From Patescibacteria group bacterium (GTDB lineage: Bacteria > Patescibacteriota > Minisyncoccia > Phycocordibacterales > Phycocordibacteraceae), in the NCBI GenBank assembly GCA_004322365.1, contig SCTS01000003.1:2709-66708 (forward strand): 64,000 nt of DNA, in the 5' to 3' direction. Below, in pieces: positions 1 to 9,941 of this stretch. A model generated the notes under the pieces. That model did not search any database, was not told the DNA's origin, and saw only the letters and a program-made list of their open reading frames with translations. Within the stretch, counting starts at the first letter, position 1. Each line of letters begins with the position of its first letter. Both the position numbers and the translations under genes were made by a program.

Positions 1-1
1 C

Positions 2-460
2 GGGTTTAAAAAACCTAGCTTTAGCCGTGGCGCCCCTCAGGGCGGTGGAAGTTTTCGAGGTGGCCCAAAGCGAGACTTCTCGGCACCTTTAGAAATGCAT
101 CAAGCAACATGTGTGGATTGCGGAAAAATGTGTGAAGTTCCATTTCGCCCTAACGGAAAGAAGCCAGTATTTTGTAGAGATTGCTTTGCAAGTAAGAGAG
201 AAGATACACCTCGCTCGTTTTCGCACGCCCCTTCAAATGCACGACCATCTTTTCGATCTAATTCTTTTGATGGTGGTGAGAGGCAGGGAAGCGATCTGAA
301 AAACCAAGTTGAGCTGTTACACTCTAAGGTGGATGCACTGACACGAATGGTTGCGGCACTTGGCGGCACTTCATCTGAGAGTGTAGCCGTTAAGTCTTCA
401 GGGAAAGCGTTGGTAAAACCATCACTTCGGAAGACTTCTACAAGATCTGCAAAGAAATAG
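2..460 (+). CDS. CxxC-x17-CxxC domain protein (5'-truncated by window edge)
   Basis: MHQATCVDCGKMCEVPFRPNGKKPVFCRDCF motif; frame stays open back to position 2 (GFKKPSFSRGAPQGGGSFRGG...). Confidence 0.85.
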   Translation, partial: GFKKPSFSRGAPQGGGSFRGGPKRDFSAPLEMHQATCVDCGKMCEVPFRPNGKKPVFCRDCFASKREDTPRSFSHAPSNARPSFRSNSFDGGERQGSDLKNQVELLHSKVDALTRMVAALGGTSSESVAVKSSGKALVKPSLRKTSTRSAKK

Positions 461-523
461 ATTCAACCTAGTAGTTTGTTTGTATAGAACAAGCACCCAC
501 TAAAAGTTTTTTAAATATACATT

Positions 524-1981
524 ATGGCAACAGCTCGTGGAGAAGTAATAGTTCGATTTGAAAAAGTCTCACACGACTTTACTATTCGCAAGCCCATTTT
601 GCGTGAGGTGGATTTTTCTATACGCAAAGGAACAAAGATAACCCTCATGGGTCAAAATGGTGCAGGCAAAAGTACTATTTTTGGTTTGATTACTAAAAGC
701 CACGAACCTGAAGACGGTCAGATTCATTTTCAGCATGGGCTCACTATTGCGCTTGGTAGGCAAGTTATTCCGCGAGATCAAATGGACCTTACGGTGCGTG
801 AATTTTTTCAAAAGGTTTTTCCTCACAAGGTGTATGACATTGATCCTCGCATTGATGCAGTTTTAGAAGTGGTGAACTTAGTGGCTCCCTATGAAAAAGT
901 AATACGAACATTTTCAGGTGGTCAGCAGGCACGACTTCTTTTGGCGTCAGCACTTATTCAAAATCCCGATCTATTGCTTTTGGATGAACCAACAAACAAT
1001 CTCGACAAAGAGGGAATTGCGCATCTCACGAAGTTCCTTATTGAATACAAGAAGACGGTGATTGTTATTTCTCACGATGCAGAATTTTTAAATGCTTTCA
1101 CACAAGGGGTTTTGTATTTGGATATTCATACACACACCATTGAGCAGTATGTGGGTAACTACTCTGATGTGGTTGCAGAAATTTCTGTTCGTATAGAAAA
1201 GGAAAACCGTAAGAATGCTCAATTGGCTAAAGAAATACAAGAGAATAAAGACAAAGCAAACTTTTTTGCTAACAAAGGTGGGCAAATGCGTATGGTTGCA
1301 AAACGCATGCGCGCAAAGGCTGACGAGCTTGAAGAAGCCAAAGTTGAGGTGCGGAAAGAAGATAAGGCTATTCGTTCGTTTAGAATTCCATTTCAGCAAG
1401 GGCTTATTGGCGAGATCGTGACTATTTCTTCGCTCACGGTGGTGAAGAAGCACAAACCAACGGAGCGCAAAGTGAAGGTGGTACTCCGAAAGAATGAACA
1501 CCTCCTGCTCGCTGGTCCAAATGGTATTGGTAAAAGTACTCTTTTACAGTCGCTTGCCGATGGAACAGCAAAGGGTGCCGATATTATGCCAGGGGTACGC
1601 ATAGGGTATTACCGTCAGGATTTTTCGAACCTTGATTTTGACAGCACTGTCTATGAAGAGCTTGCATCAGTATTGAGTATTCGCATTGAGGAAGATGTTC
1701 GAAAAGTCGCTGCAGGGTTTTTACTCAGCGGTGAAATTTTTCATTCCAAGATAGGTACGCTTTCTGAAGGACAAAAGGGATTAGTGGCTTTTGCTCGTTT
1801 GGTATTGTTAAAACCGGGACTGCTGATTTTGGACGAACCAACCAACCACATTAACTTCCGTCACTTACCCCTCATTGCGGAAGCACTGAGCGCGTATGAA
1901 GGACCGATGATTCTTGTTTCTCACGTGCCAGACTTTGTTGCACAAATCCGCATTGACGAAATTTTGGATCTAAATAGTTGA
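524..1981 (+). CDS. ABC-F family ATPase (two ABC domains, no TM segments)
   Basis: Two Walker A (GQNGAGKS, GPNGIGKS), two LDEPTN motifs, helical linker. Confidence 0.9.
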   Translation: MATARGEVIVRFEKVSHDFTIRKPILREVDFSIRKGTKITLMGQNGAGKSTIFGLITKSHEPEDGQIHFQHGLTIALGRQVIPRDQMDLTVREFFQKVFPHKVYDIDPRIDAVLEVVNLVAPYEKVIRTFSGGQQARLLLASALIQNPDLLLLDEPTNNLDKEGIAHLTKFLIEYKKTVIVISHDAEFLNAFTQGVLYLDIHTHTIEQYVGNYSDVVAEISVRIEKENRKNAQLAKEIQENKDKANFFANKGGQMRMVAKRMRAKADELEEAKVEVRKEDKAIRSFRIPFQQGLIGEIVTISSLTVVKKHKPTERKVKVVLRKNEHLLLAGPNGIGKSTLLQSLADGTAKGADIMPGVRIGYYRQDFSNLDFDSTVYEELASVLSIRIEEDVRKVAAGFLLSGEIFHSKIGTLSEGQKGLVAFARLVLLKPGLLILDEPTNHINFRHLPLIAEALSAYEGPMILVSHVPDFVAQIRIDEILDLNS

Positions 1982-2020
1982 TGTCTTCGTATTATTTTTC
2001 ACATTTTTCCAACTCACATC

Positions 2021-2050
2021 TATTCTAGCTTTTTGCAAAATACTAGAATA
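2021..2050. repeat. 30-bp imperfect palindrome, left copy (inverted relative to 2322-2351)
   Basis: TATTCTAGCTTTTTGCAAAATACTAGAATA; its reverse complement matches 2322-2351 at 29/30. Confidence 0.9.
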
Positions 2051-2079
2051 CGTATGAATGATTGTATATACTAACGTGT

Positions 2080-2352
2080 ATGAAAGTGAACTATCGAAAA
2101 TTAGAGCGGATAGTCAAAGGATATGCTAACCATAATCGACTTCAGGTTATGGACTTGCTCAAAAGTGAGCCAGAGCTTTCTGTTGGAGAAATAGCTGAAA
2201 AGCTACAGATAGGATATATGAATGTATCAGATCATATTCGCAAACTCGCTGTTGCTGGACTAGTGATGAAGCGGAGTGACGGTCCTAATGTGAGACACAA
2301 ACTCACTCCTCGTGCTGAATCTATTCTAGTATTTTGCAAAAAGCTAGAATGA
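2080..2352 (+). CDS. ArsR/SmtB-like winged-helix transcriptional regulator
   Basis: ANHNRLQVMDLL...LSVGEIAEKL...VSDHIRKLAVAGLV pattern; TATACT just upstream of ATG 2080. Confidence 0.85.
   Translation: MKVNYRKLERIVKGYANHNRLQVMDLLKSEPELSVGEIAEKLQIGYMNVSDHIRKLAVAGLVMKRSDGPNVRHKLTPRAESILVFCKKLE
2322..2351. repeat. 30-bp imperfect palindrome, right copy, inside the 3' end of the ArsR-like gene
   Basis: TATTCTAGTATTTTGCAAAAAGCTAGAATG encodes ILVFCKKLE. Confidence 0.9.
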
Positions 2353-3707
2353 AAACAAAAGTAAAAAAGTCGGTGGTAGTGCATGGGGCGAAAGATGTAG
2401 CGCCTACCGCAAAAGAAATTGTATGGGATGTGGTGGTCATTGGTGGTGGCCCTGCAGGCATGATGGCAGCTGGCAGGGCTGGTGAGAGAAGGAAGCGTGT
2501 TTTGTTGCTTGAAAAAAATTCTAAAGTCGGAAAGAAGTTACTTATTACAGGCGGTGGCAGGTGTAATGTGACGAACAACAAACCTGATGTTCGCACGATG
2601 CTTGCGAAGTATACGAAGAGTGACAAGTTTCTTTTTTCTGCTTTTACTCAATTTGGTGTAACGGAGGCTTTCAGTTTTTTTAACGAGAAAGGGATGGCTA
2701 TGAAAGAGGAGCCAGAAGGAAGAATGTTTCCTGTTTCAAATAAAGCAGAATCAGTGTGGAATGTGCTTATTGAATATATGAAGGTGGGACGAGTGAAGGT
2801 GCAAACAAAAGCAAATGTATCTGGTATTACTTTCAATAAATTTTTACACAGAGTAATTATTACGCTCACCGACGGGTCTACTATTTCTGCTCGTTCATGT
2901 GTGGTTGCGACTGGTGGAACATCGCATCCAGAAACAGGTTCCACCGGTGAAGGATTTACTTGGTTGGAGTCGCTTGGTCACGAAGTAATAAAAAATGATG
3001 CAGCGCTGGTGCCTATTGCCTTGAAAGATAGCTGGATACATAGCGTTGCCGGTGTAGTGCTTAAAGATATTAAGCTCACGACCTTTAAAAATGACATAAA
3101 GCAACAAGTGTACAAAGGAAAATTACTTTTTACGCACGTTGGCATTAGCGGTCCAACGGTTTTGAATATGAGTAGGGAAGTTGGCGAGCTTTTAACTTCT
3201 TCCGAAGGAGATGAGTATTTGAAAGAAGATGAAGCAGTGGAAACATCAAAGAAGAATGAGGTAACTATTATGCTTGATATGTTCCCGATGTTTGATCACG
3301 GTCTATTGCGAGAAAAACTACAAACAGTGTTAACGACTGAGAGTAATAAAAAAATAAAAAATTCTCTTTCGTCTTTTTTACCTCCGTTGCTCGTTGCTCC
3401 TATTTTAGAGCTTGCACAGGTGAATGGTGAAACATTCAACCACTCCGTGCGCTCGACAGAGCGCACGGCACTCGTTGCTATTTTAAAAGCGGTCCCTCTT
3501 CATGTTTCTAAGCTTCTAGGAAAAAATAAAGCAGTTGTCTCATCGGGAGGTGTAACGCTCAGTGAGGTGAATTTTAAAACAATGCAGTCACGCTTAGTGC
3601 CACAGGTATACCTTGTGGGCGATGTGTTAAATATCAATAGACCATCTGGTGGATATAGTTTGCAGTTATGTTGGACTACTGGATACATCGCAGGAAACAA
3701 CTGCTGA
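2349..3707 (+). CDS. HI0933/BaiN family NAD(P)/FAD-dependent oxidoreductase
   Basis: GGGPAGMMAA, GKKLLITGGGRCNVTN, GGYSLQLCWTTG; ATGA overlap with upstream stop. Confidence 0.9.
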   Translation: MKTKVKKSVVVHGAKDVAPTAKEIVWDVVVIGGGPAGMMAAGRAGERRKRVLLLEKNSKVGKKLLITGGGRCNVTNNKPDVRTMLAKYTKSDKFLFSAFTQFGVTEAFSFFNEKGMAMKEEPEGRMFPVSNKAESVWNVLIEYMKVGRVKVQTKANVSGITFNKFLHRVIITLTDGSTISARSCVVATGGTSHPETGSTGEGFTWLESLGHEVIKNDAALVPIALKDSWIHSVAGVVLKDIKLTTFKNDIKQQVYKGKLLFTHVGISGPTVLNMSREVGELLTSSEGDEYLKEDEAVETSKKNEVTIMLDMFPMFDHGLLREKLQTVLTTESNKKIKNSLSSFLPPLLVAPILELAQVNGETFNHSVRSTERTALVAILKAVPLHVSKLLGKNKAVVSSGGVTLSEVNFKTMQSRLVPQVYLVGDVLNINRPSGGYSLQLCWTTGYIAGNNC

Positions 3708-3732
3708 GGATTAAGTTCGGTATACTGGTTTT

Positions 3733-4305
3733 GTGAAAGAAACTATAGCAATTATTGCTGCATTGTTAGCGATTGCAGGGAACGTTCCCTACCTCATGGA
3801 CATTTTGAAGGGGCGTGTAAAGCCTCATGCGTATACATGGTTTGTCTGGAGTATTGTTTCTGGAATTATTCTTTTTGGACAACTGAGTAAGGGTGCAGGT
3901 GTTGGGGCATTACCTACCGCCGCGTCTGAAATTTTTACACTTATCATTTTCCTTTTTTCACTAAAATACGGATTTAAGGGAATTACAAAAACAGATACTT
4001 TCTTCTTATGTCTTGCGCTGGTAGGTCTTATTCCATGGTTGCTGACAAAAGACCCAACAGCTTCAGTAATTATTGCAGTCTTAATAGATGTCACTGCTTT
4101 TATCCCAACTATCAGAAAAACATGGCTAGAACCAAAGACAGAAACTCCCATTCTTTTTGGAATGAATGTAGTACGACACACCCTCGCACTCTTTTCTTTG
4201 CAGGCATATAATATTGCGACAACCTTACACTCTATTGTGATGATTGCCACAAACTCACTTATGACAGTATTGATTCTTCGAAAAAAGAAAAGAAAGCATC
4301 CATAA
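3733..4305 (+). CDS. Multi-pass membrane protein (possibly PQ-loop-like duplicated unit)
   Basis: About 6-7 hydrophobic segments; PY..DILKG..KP and PTIRKTW..P.TE halves. Confidence 0.6.
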   Translation: MKETIAIIAALLAIAGNVPYLMDILKGRVKPHAYTWFVWSIVSGIILFGQLSKGAGVGALPTAASEIFTLIIFLFSLKYGFKGITKTDTFFLCLALVGLIPWLLTKDPTASVIIAVLIDVTAFIPTIRKTWLEPKTETPILFGMNVVRHTLALFSLQAYNIATTLHSIVMIATNSLMTVLILRKKKRKHP

Positions 4306-4312
4306 AAAATAT

Positions 4313-5248
4313 ATGATAAAGATAAAAACAATCCTCTCTATTTTTTGTGTTCTGGCGATTGTATTGGTAGGTATATTTTTTGTGTTTCGTAACACTTCTA
4401 TTATTGAGCCTGCCATAAACGAACAAGCAACTTCTCTGGCGTCGGTTTTGCCAAGCGTTATCATAGCGCTGACTAATACTGATCGAGTGAAAAATGGTTC
4501 ATCCCTTCTTGTTGAAAATCCACTTCTCACTAAAGCGGCACAGATGAAAGCTGACGACATGCTCGCGCGTCAGTATTATTCGCACACAACACCTGAAGGT
4601 CACACTCCACTTTATTTTTTGGATACGGTTGGTTATAAATATTTAAATGCAGGAGAAAATCTTGATTTAACCTATGAGAGTACTGCAGATGATGTGCATA
4701 CTGCATGGCTTAATTCGCCCGCGCATCGTGCAAATCTTTTGTTACCGCAATACACTGAGATAGGGGTAGGGGTCGCTGAAGGAGAATACCGAGGTGAGCA
4801 TGTTACTTTCGTTGTGGAAATTATGACGACGCCGATGCCGTTAGTTAGCAGTACACCAGCGTGCTGTGAATTAGTTGAGGTGACCAAAAAACCTGCGGTG
4901 AAAACCAAAACATCAGTTACGTCTCCACAGTTCATCCCCGTTATACCTGTTTCTTCACCAGCATCAGTACAAACCTCTTCTGAGACATTTATCTCTACTA
5001 CTACATCAGCACTTCCACCGGTATTAGAGAAAGTACTCTCCCAAGTTGCTTCAAGTTCTTTACCACTTCCCACGCTCGTTGTGTCTGTGTCGAGCACGGA
5101 GAGTGCTGTCGAGCTTCTTGGGCTATTTAAAGACACAAAAGTTTCTTTCATTGATTCAGTCCGATCATTCGTGTTTAGTCTACAGAGAGTAACAAAAGAG
5201 TTCGTTATGCGTCTTGGAGAGAGTGCGTCTCGTTTTAAGGTACAATAA
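4313..5248 (+). CDS. CAP/SCP domain protein with N-terminal anchor and Ser/Thr/Pro-rich tail
   Basis: TNTDR, AAQMKADDM..YYSH, AGENL, WLNSPAHRANLL, EIGVGV. Confidence 0.85.
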   Translation: MIKIKTILSIFCVLAIVLVGIFFVFRNTSIIEPAINEQATSLASVLPSVIIALTNTDRVKNGSSLLVENPLLTKAAQMKADDMLARQYYSHTTPEGHTPLYFLDTVGYKYLNAGENLDLTYESTADDVHTAWLNSPAHRANLLLPQYTEIGVGVAEGEYRGEHVTFVVEIMTTPMPLVSSTPACCELVEVTKKPAVKTKTSVTSPQFIPVIPVSSPASVQTSSETFISTTTSALPPVLEKVLSQVASSSLPLPTLVVSVSSTESAVELLGLFKDTKVSFIDSVRSFVFSLQRVTKEFVMRLGESASRFKVQ

Positions 5249-5260
5249 TATTTAGTCAGT

Positions 5261-5914
5261 ATGGATAAAAGACTCATTATATTGCTTGGTATAGCGATCG
5301 TGGCGGTCGGCATCTTTGCAGGGCTTGTGTGGTATGGCGGGCAAAGAACTCTTCCCATTGCAGAAGTACCCATCGATACCTCTATGCCGGACGATAGCGC
5401 GCAATTTCATGCCTATGGTGCGGTAACACTGAAATTAGACGAGCAGGTACTTTTTAAAGATCTGAGTATACGAGTTATTTCACTCGAAGAAGATAGTCGG
5501 TGTCCGACAGGTGTGCAGTGTATTCAAGCGGGGACAGTGCGTGTGAAAGTTGAGATAGTCTCAGGATTGGGAACAAGTACTCCTGTAATAGGTTTAGGAA
5601 AATCAATCACAACCGAGGCAGAAGTCATTACACTTACTGCAACAACGCCTTATCCGGCACGGGATGTTTCTATAGCCCCAAATGAGTATCAGTTTATTTT
5701 CACTGTCGCAAAGCGCACGGTCGCAGGATGTTTTATTGGAGGATGTTCTAGTCAAATATGCAGTGACCAGCCCGACGTAGTGTCTTCTTGTGAATATCGC
5801 GCCGAGTACGCATGCTATCAAAAAGCGACCTGCCAGAGGCAAACAAGTGGTGCGTGTGGGTGGACACAAACTGCCGAGCTGAAATCGTGTCTGTTGAATC
5901 CACCTGCTCTCTAG
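5261..5914 (+). CDS. Exported protein with C-terminal Cys-rich (eight-cysteine-cluster-like) domain
   Basis: N-terminal TM, DSRCPTGVQCIQAG, CFIGGCSSQIC...SSCEY..EYACY...C...GACGW. Confidence 0.7.
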   Translation: MDKRLIILLGIAIVAVGIFAGLVWYGGQRTLPIAEVPIDTSMPDDSAQFHAYGAVTLKLDEQVLFKDLSIRVISLEEDSRCPTGVQCIQAGTVRVKVEIVSGLGTSTPVIGLGKSITTEAEVITLTATTPYPARDVSIAPNEYQFIFTVAKRTVAGCFIGGCSSQICSDQPDVVSSCEYRAEYACYQKATCQRQTSGACGWTQTAELKSCLLNPPAL

Positions 5915-5957
5915 CTGAATTTGAATAAGGATTGATTTTGTGGTTTAAAGTGTGTAT

Positions 5958-6842
5958 ATGATACACAAAAGAAATATTGCTCTGGCAGTTGCTATTTTTA
6001 TACTCCCGTTCTTTCTTGCTCCTGTATTCACATACGCCGCTAATGATTATTCCGAACTACATCTAAATACTGACTCTGTTTTTTCAGCAAAAAATCTTTT
6101 TGTTATTCAGAGATCGGGAACAGTGATATACACCCGTGCTAGGTGGGGGCAAACATTTGTTCGCGTTACCGTGTTTACCGATAAAGGTACAGTGCTGACA
6201 AAAAAATATGGAGGTAATGCGTTACTTAGCGAAATTAAAGAAGGTGATTTGTTGAATGTTGAAGGTGTCTTGGCGGTTGGGGCTGACGAAGTGGTTGTTA
6301 CTGCAAAGAAAGTAAAAGATTTATCGCTTCAATCTGAGCCAAAAAATCTTTTAGGGACTGTGCGTAGTGTTAACGGTAATGGAAATTCATTTGTTCTTAA
6401 AAATACTACATTCGGATCCACAACAATTGCAATTTCAAGTTCTACTATCCTTAAGAAGGGTGTGCGTACCGTTCCCCTCGGAGAAGTAGTTGTTGGAGAT
6501 AAAGTGCTTAGTGCGTCTGGTGTGTATGATTATAAGACAAATATTCTCAGTGCAACGAGTACTGAATTCTACCAAGATAAAACAGTATTTAATCCGCGAA
6601 ATTTTAGTGGCACACTGAAGGAAATTTCAGGAACAACTCTACCAGCGAGCCTCACTGTTGTAGTGGGGAATACACCATATACAGTGTTTCTAACAGAAAA
6701 GACATTGCTGTTTAATAAAACAAGAAAAGCAACATCTCTGAGCCGTTTTGTTGTTGGAGATTCTGTGCGTTTCTATGGCAAGATTCGTCAAAGCAATCTT
6801 ACAGAAATTGATGCCGATGTCGCCTCTGATTTGAACTTTTGA
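5958..6842 (+). CDS. Secreted protein with three repeated beta-rich (DUF5666/OB-like) units
   Basis: Signal peptide; repeats LSEIKEGDLL, LGEVVVGDKV, LSRFVVGDSV. Confidence 0.55.
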   Translation: MIHKRNIALAVAIFILPFFLAPVFTYAANDYSELHLNTDSVFSAKNLFVIQRSGTVIYTRARWGQTFVRVTVFTDKGTVLTKKYGGNALLSEIKEGDLLNVEGVLAVGADEVVVTAKKVKDLSLQSEPKNLLGTVRSVNGNGNSFVLKNTTFGSTTIAISSSTILKKGVRTVPLGEVVVGDKVLSASGVYDYKTNILSATSTEFYQDKTVFNPRNFSGTLKEISGTTLPASLTVVVGNTPYTVFLTEKTLLFNKTRKATSLSRFVVGDSVRFYGKIRQSNLTEIDADVASDLNF

Positions 6843-7663
6843 TGCATCCGATGAAGTATGTAGTCATTGAGAAGAAGGTTGGGGAAACACCTCTACAGGC
6901 ACTTGAAGCATTTCGCCAGACCGATCCTACACTTCAAGACATTCCTCTTACCTACGCTGGACGACTGGACCCTATGGCGAGCGGAAAGTTGCTCATTCTT
7001 ATAGGAGGCGAATGCAAGTATCGAGAAAAATACGATGGACTTGATAAAGAATATGAGTTTGAAATCTTACTTGGTGTAACAAGTGACACTGGGGATGTGC
7101 TTGGGATACCAAGTATGGGTGAGTCTAGATTAATTAAGGAGCACTCAGAAAATGACCTACAAAAGATCGTTTCCTCGCTTATAGGTTGGCATACGCTTCC
7201 ATACCCGCCGTTCTCTTCAAAAACTGTAGCTGGCAAACCGCTGTTTCAGTACGCACTTGAAGGTACTCTTGATTCTATAGAAATTCCTACAATTAAGACA
7301 CATGTATACACAATGGAGTATCTAGTTAAAAAAACACTTACACATAAGGAGCTTATAGAGCAGGTGCTTGGGAAAATACACCTTTTACGAGCCCCTGTAG
7401 ATTCGGGGAAAATTGGCGCTGATTTTAGAAAGGCTGAAATTATTAGGCAATGGGAGGCACTTTCTCCTCAGAGAGATCAGAAATATACAATTCTAAAGTT
7501 CAAAGCGGTGGTCTCCTCGGGTACCTATATTCGTTCACTCGCTCCTATAATTGCAGAGCATCTCGGCACTCTGGGTATGGCATATTCAATTCACCGCACG
7601 CGTATAGGAAAGTATCAGGCCCTCATAGCATCTGTTGGTTTCTGGAAGAAAACCTTTATTTGA
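6842..7663 (+). CDS. truB: TruB-like pseudouridine synthase (no PUA domain)
   Basis: YAGRLDPMASG (catalytic Asp), KEYEF, SDTGD, VSSGTYIRSL. Confidence 0.75.
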   Translation: MHPMKYVVIEKKVGETPLQALEAFRQTDPTLQDIPLTYAGRLDPMASGKLLILIGGECKYREKYDGLDKEYEFEILLGVTSDTGDVLGIPSMGESRLIKEHSENDLQKIVSSLIGWHTLPYPPFSSKTVAGKPLFQYALEGTLDSIEIPTIKTHVYTMEYLVKKTLTHKELIEQVLGKIHLLRAPVDSGKIGADFRKAEIIRQWEALSPQRDQKYTILKFKAVVSSGTYIRSLAPIIAEHLGTLGMAYSIHRTRIGKYQALIASVGFWKKTFI

Positions 7664-7724
7664 AAATGAAGTCTTTTATACGGGCATTTTTCATTGTGCG
7701 CTATAGTAGGACATAGAGACCAGT

Positions 7725-8825
7725 ATGGACAAGAAATCTCACCAAGAGTTTATGACAAAAAAGAAGGTATCACTTGGAGCTACTGTGGGTATATGCGTAG
7801 GATCTCTTCTACTTTTGTATCTTGTGGGTCATATAAATATTTTTGAAACAACATATTCTGTCGCAGAGGCTGAGGTGAGTGTGAAGACACCTGCGCCCCG
7901 GGCACCAGAAAAATTAGACAAGCTTGCCTACGATACACGGCTCGTAAAAAATGCTAACTATGCAAGTACGACTTTAGCAAAGCGTACAGCCTCCTCCAGT
8001 CCACTCATGTGGCCAGCAAAGACTGTGTATCCAAACGCTGGGGCGATATTGCCCTTTAAACGCATTGTCGCCTACTACGGAAATTTTTATTCAAAAGGTA
8101 TGGGAGTACTTGGTGAGTATCCAGCTCCTGAAATGGTTAGAAAATTGAAAGCAGAAGTTGCCGTATGGAATGCAGCTGATCCAAGCACTCCTGCCATTCC
8201 TGCCATCAACTACATTCTTATAACGGCACAAGGAAGTGCTGGTAAGGATGGAAAATATCGACTTCGTATGCCGGATACCCAAGTTGATCGTGCAATTGAG
8301 CTTGCAAAAGAGGTGAATGGAATAGTTATTCTTGATGTACAAGTTGGCTTGAGCAACCTCCCCACAGAGCTCCCTATGTATGAAAAGTATTTCAAGATGC
8401 CACAAGTGCACCTTGGAATTGATCCAGAGTTTGCTATGCATAACGGAGTGCGCCCCGGTAGAGTCATAGGTTCGTTTGATGCGTCCGATATTAATTATGC
8501 AGTGAACTATCTCTCAAAACTCGTCAAAGATAATAACCTTCCGCCGAAGGTTCTCGTTGTGCATCGCTTCACTGAGAACATGGTTACCAACTATAAGCAG
8601 ATTAAACCAACACCTGAGGTGCAGATAATTATGGATATGGACGGATGGGGTTTTGGTGCAAAGAAAATCAATACGTACAATACTGTTGTGGCCTCAGAAC
8701 CAGTACAATTTACTGGATTTAAACTTTTTTATAAGAATGACTTAAAGCCTCCCTCTACTCGTTTGCTCACACCAGCTGAAATACTCTCACTCACTCCTCA
8801 ACCATTGTTTATTCAGTACCAGTAG
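7725..8825 (+). CDS. Conserved membrane-anchored protein, putative glycoside-hydrolase-like TIM barrel
   Basis: RIVAYYG...MGVLGE, ILDVQVG, HLGIDPEF, DMDGWG, TGFKLFY; function inferred only. Confidence 0.5.
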   Translation: MDKKSHQEFMTKKKVSLGATVGICVGSLLLLYLVGHINIFETTYSVAEAEVSVKTPAPRAPEKLDKLAYDTRLVKNANYASTTLAKRTASSSPLMWPAKTVYPNAGAILPFKRIVAYYGNFYSKGMGVLGEYPAPEMVRKLKAEVAVWNAADPSTPAIPAINYILITAQGSAGKDGKYRLRMPDTQVDRAIELAKEVNGIVILDVQVGLSNLPTELPMYEKYFKMPQVHLGIDPEFAMHNGVRPGRVIGSFDASDINYAVNYLSKLVKDNNLPPKVLVVHRFTENMVTNYKQIKPTPEVQIIMDMDGWGFGAKKINTYNTVVASEPVQFTGFKLFYKNDLKPPSTRLLTPAEILSLTPQPLFIQYQ

Positions 8826-8991
8826 TTTTTTAGTTTAGAATGAACGGAGGGGTAGGTGTGTGTAATAAAAACACATCTGCACCGTCATACTTTGAGAGCG
8901 GTTTTAAAAGGCTCACGAGTAATTGTAATTATGCGATAACTCGAGATATATATGTGTCCTTTATTACTATTTATATATTTATAATAAAATT

Positions 8992-9558
8992 ATGACTAAG
9001 AAAAATATACTCATCGCAGTTGTTGTTATCGCCATTCTTGCGTTTGGCACTTGGTATTTGGTTTCTAAAAATTCCACACTCATCTCAACGACAGGAACAG
9101 ATGTAACTACAGGTACTCCCGACGCAAATGGTGCTACAAATCCGGGTACTACCGCAACACCTACAAAGGGAACAGGTACGCTCAAGACTGCATTTACTCA
9201 GGGTGGAAATTACACCTGCACACTTAATGCACTTGCAACTGATAATGGAAAAACTGCAGGAACAGTGTACGCATCTGCGGGAAAGACACGAACAGATTTT
9301 CGTGCAGAGAGTGCGAGTGGGGTAGTAACAGAGCTTCATATAATTCGTGACGGCACTTCGGCATACACATGGGTTTCGGGTCAGACAACGGGAACTAAGA
9401 CCGCAATCACTACCGCGAGTCCGTTTGTTCCTCGTCAGCCCTCGGGAGCCGGTATTGCTATAACTGATGAATCCTCGGTTGACTGGGATTGTCACCCTTG
9501 GCTCACTGACAAAGCACAGTTTGTTCCTCCATCAAACATTACTTTTATTAAAGGATAA
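8992..9558 (+). CDS. Membrane-anchored exported hypothetical protein
   Basis: N-terminal TM, Thr-rich linker, C-terminal DC.PW..D...FVPPSNITF. Confidence 0.7.
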   Translation: MTKKNILIAVVVIAILAFGTWYLVSKNSTLISTTGTDVTTGTPDANGATNPGTTATPTKGTGTLKTAFTQGGNYTCTLNALATDNGKTAGTVYASAGKTRTDFRAESASGVVTELHIIRDGTSAYTWVSGQTTGTKTAITTASPFVPRQPSGAGIAITDESSVDWDCHPWLTDKAQFVPPSNITFIKG

Positions 9559-9591
9559 ACGCCTTCAGGGAAAGTTTGATTCCTTTAATTA

Positions 9592-9626
9592 ACATAAAAA
9601 CCTCTCACCTTGAGAGGTTTTTATGT
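9592..9626. terminator. Intrinsic terminator hairpin (possibly bidirectional)
   Basis: ACATAAAAACCTCTCA-cct-TGAGAGGTTTTTATGT. Confidence 0.75.
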
Positions 9627-9690
9627 AGTCGTTCCCGCCATCTTCGCTATTTGTAAGGTATACAAGCTTAGCGTATATTCCATTAAACAT

Positions 9691-9867
9691 ATGAGTCAAG
9701 AAGGAAATAGGAACCGTTTTAAGGTTGGAGGTAAGCATCGAGGTAATGGACAGGAAGGTTCAAAAGATAAGGTAAGGAAGTGGTGCAGTAATTGTGAGCA
9801 AAAAAAGAAAGTGTTTCCAAGAAATACACTCTGCCCTGATTGCGGAGCGGTGCTTTCAGGTACATAA
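9691..9867 (+). CDS. Small basic Zn-ribbon protein (58 aa)
   Basis: CSNC-x12-CPDC. Confidence 0.65.
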   Translation: MSQEGNRNRFKVGGKHRGNGQEGSKDKVRKWCSNCEQKKKVFPRNTLCPDCGAVLSGT

Positions 9868-9941
9868 CATCAATTCACAGTACGCCATTCTGTGCCCCGT
9901 GCTATTATCTACAGCCCAACTTTTAAATTAAAGAAATACTC

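Noticed and set aside
4672-5373. Long antisense ORFs (this one and those opposite the RND, atp and uvr genes)
   Set aside because: Shadows of well-supported genes on the opposite strand.
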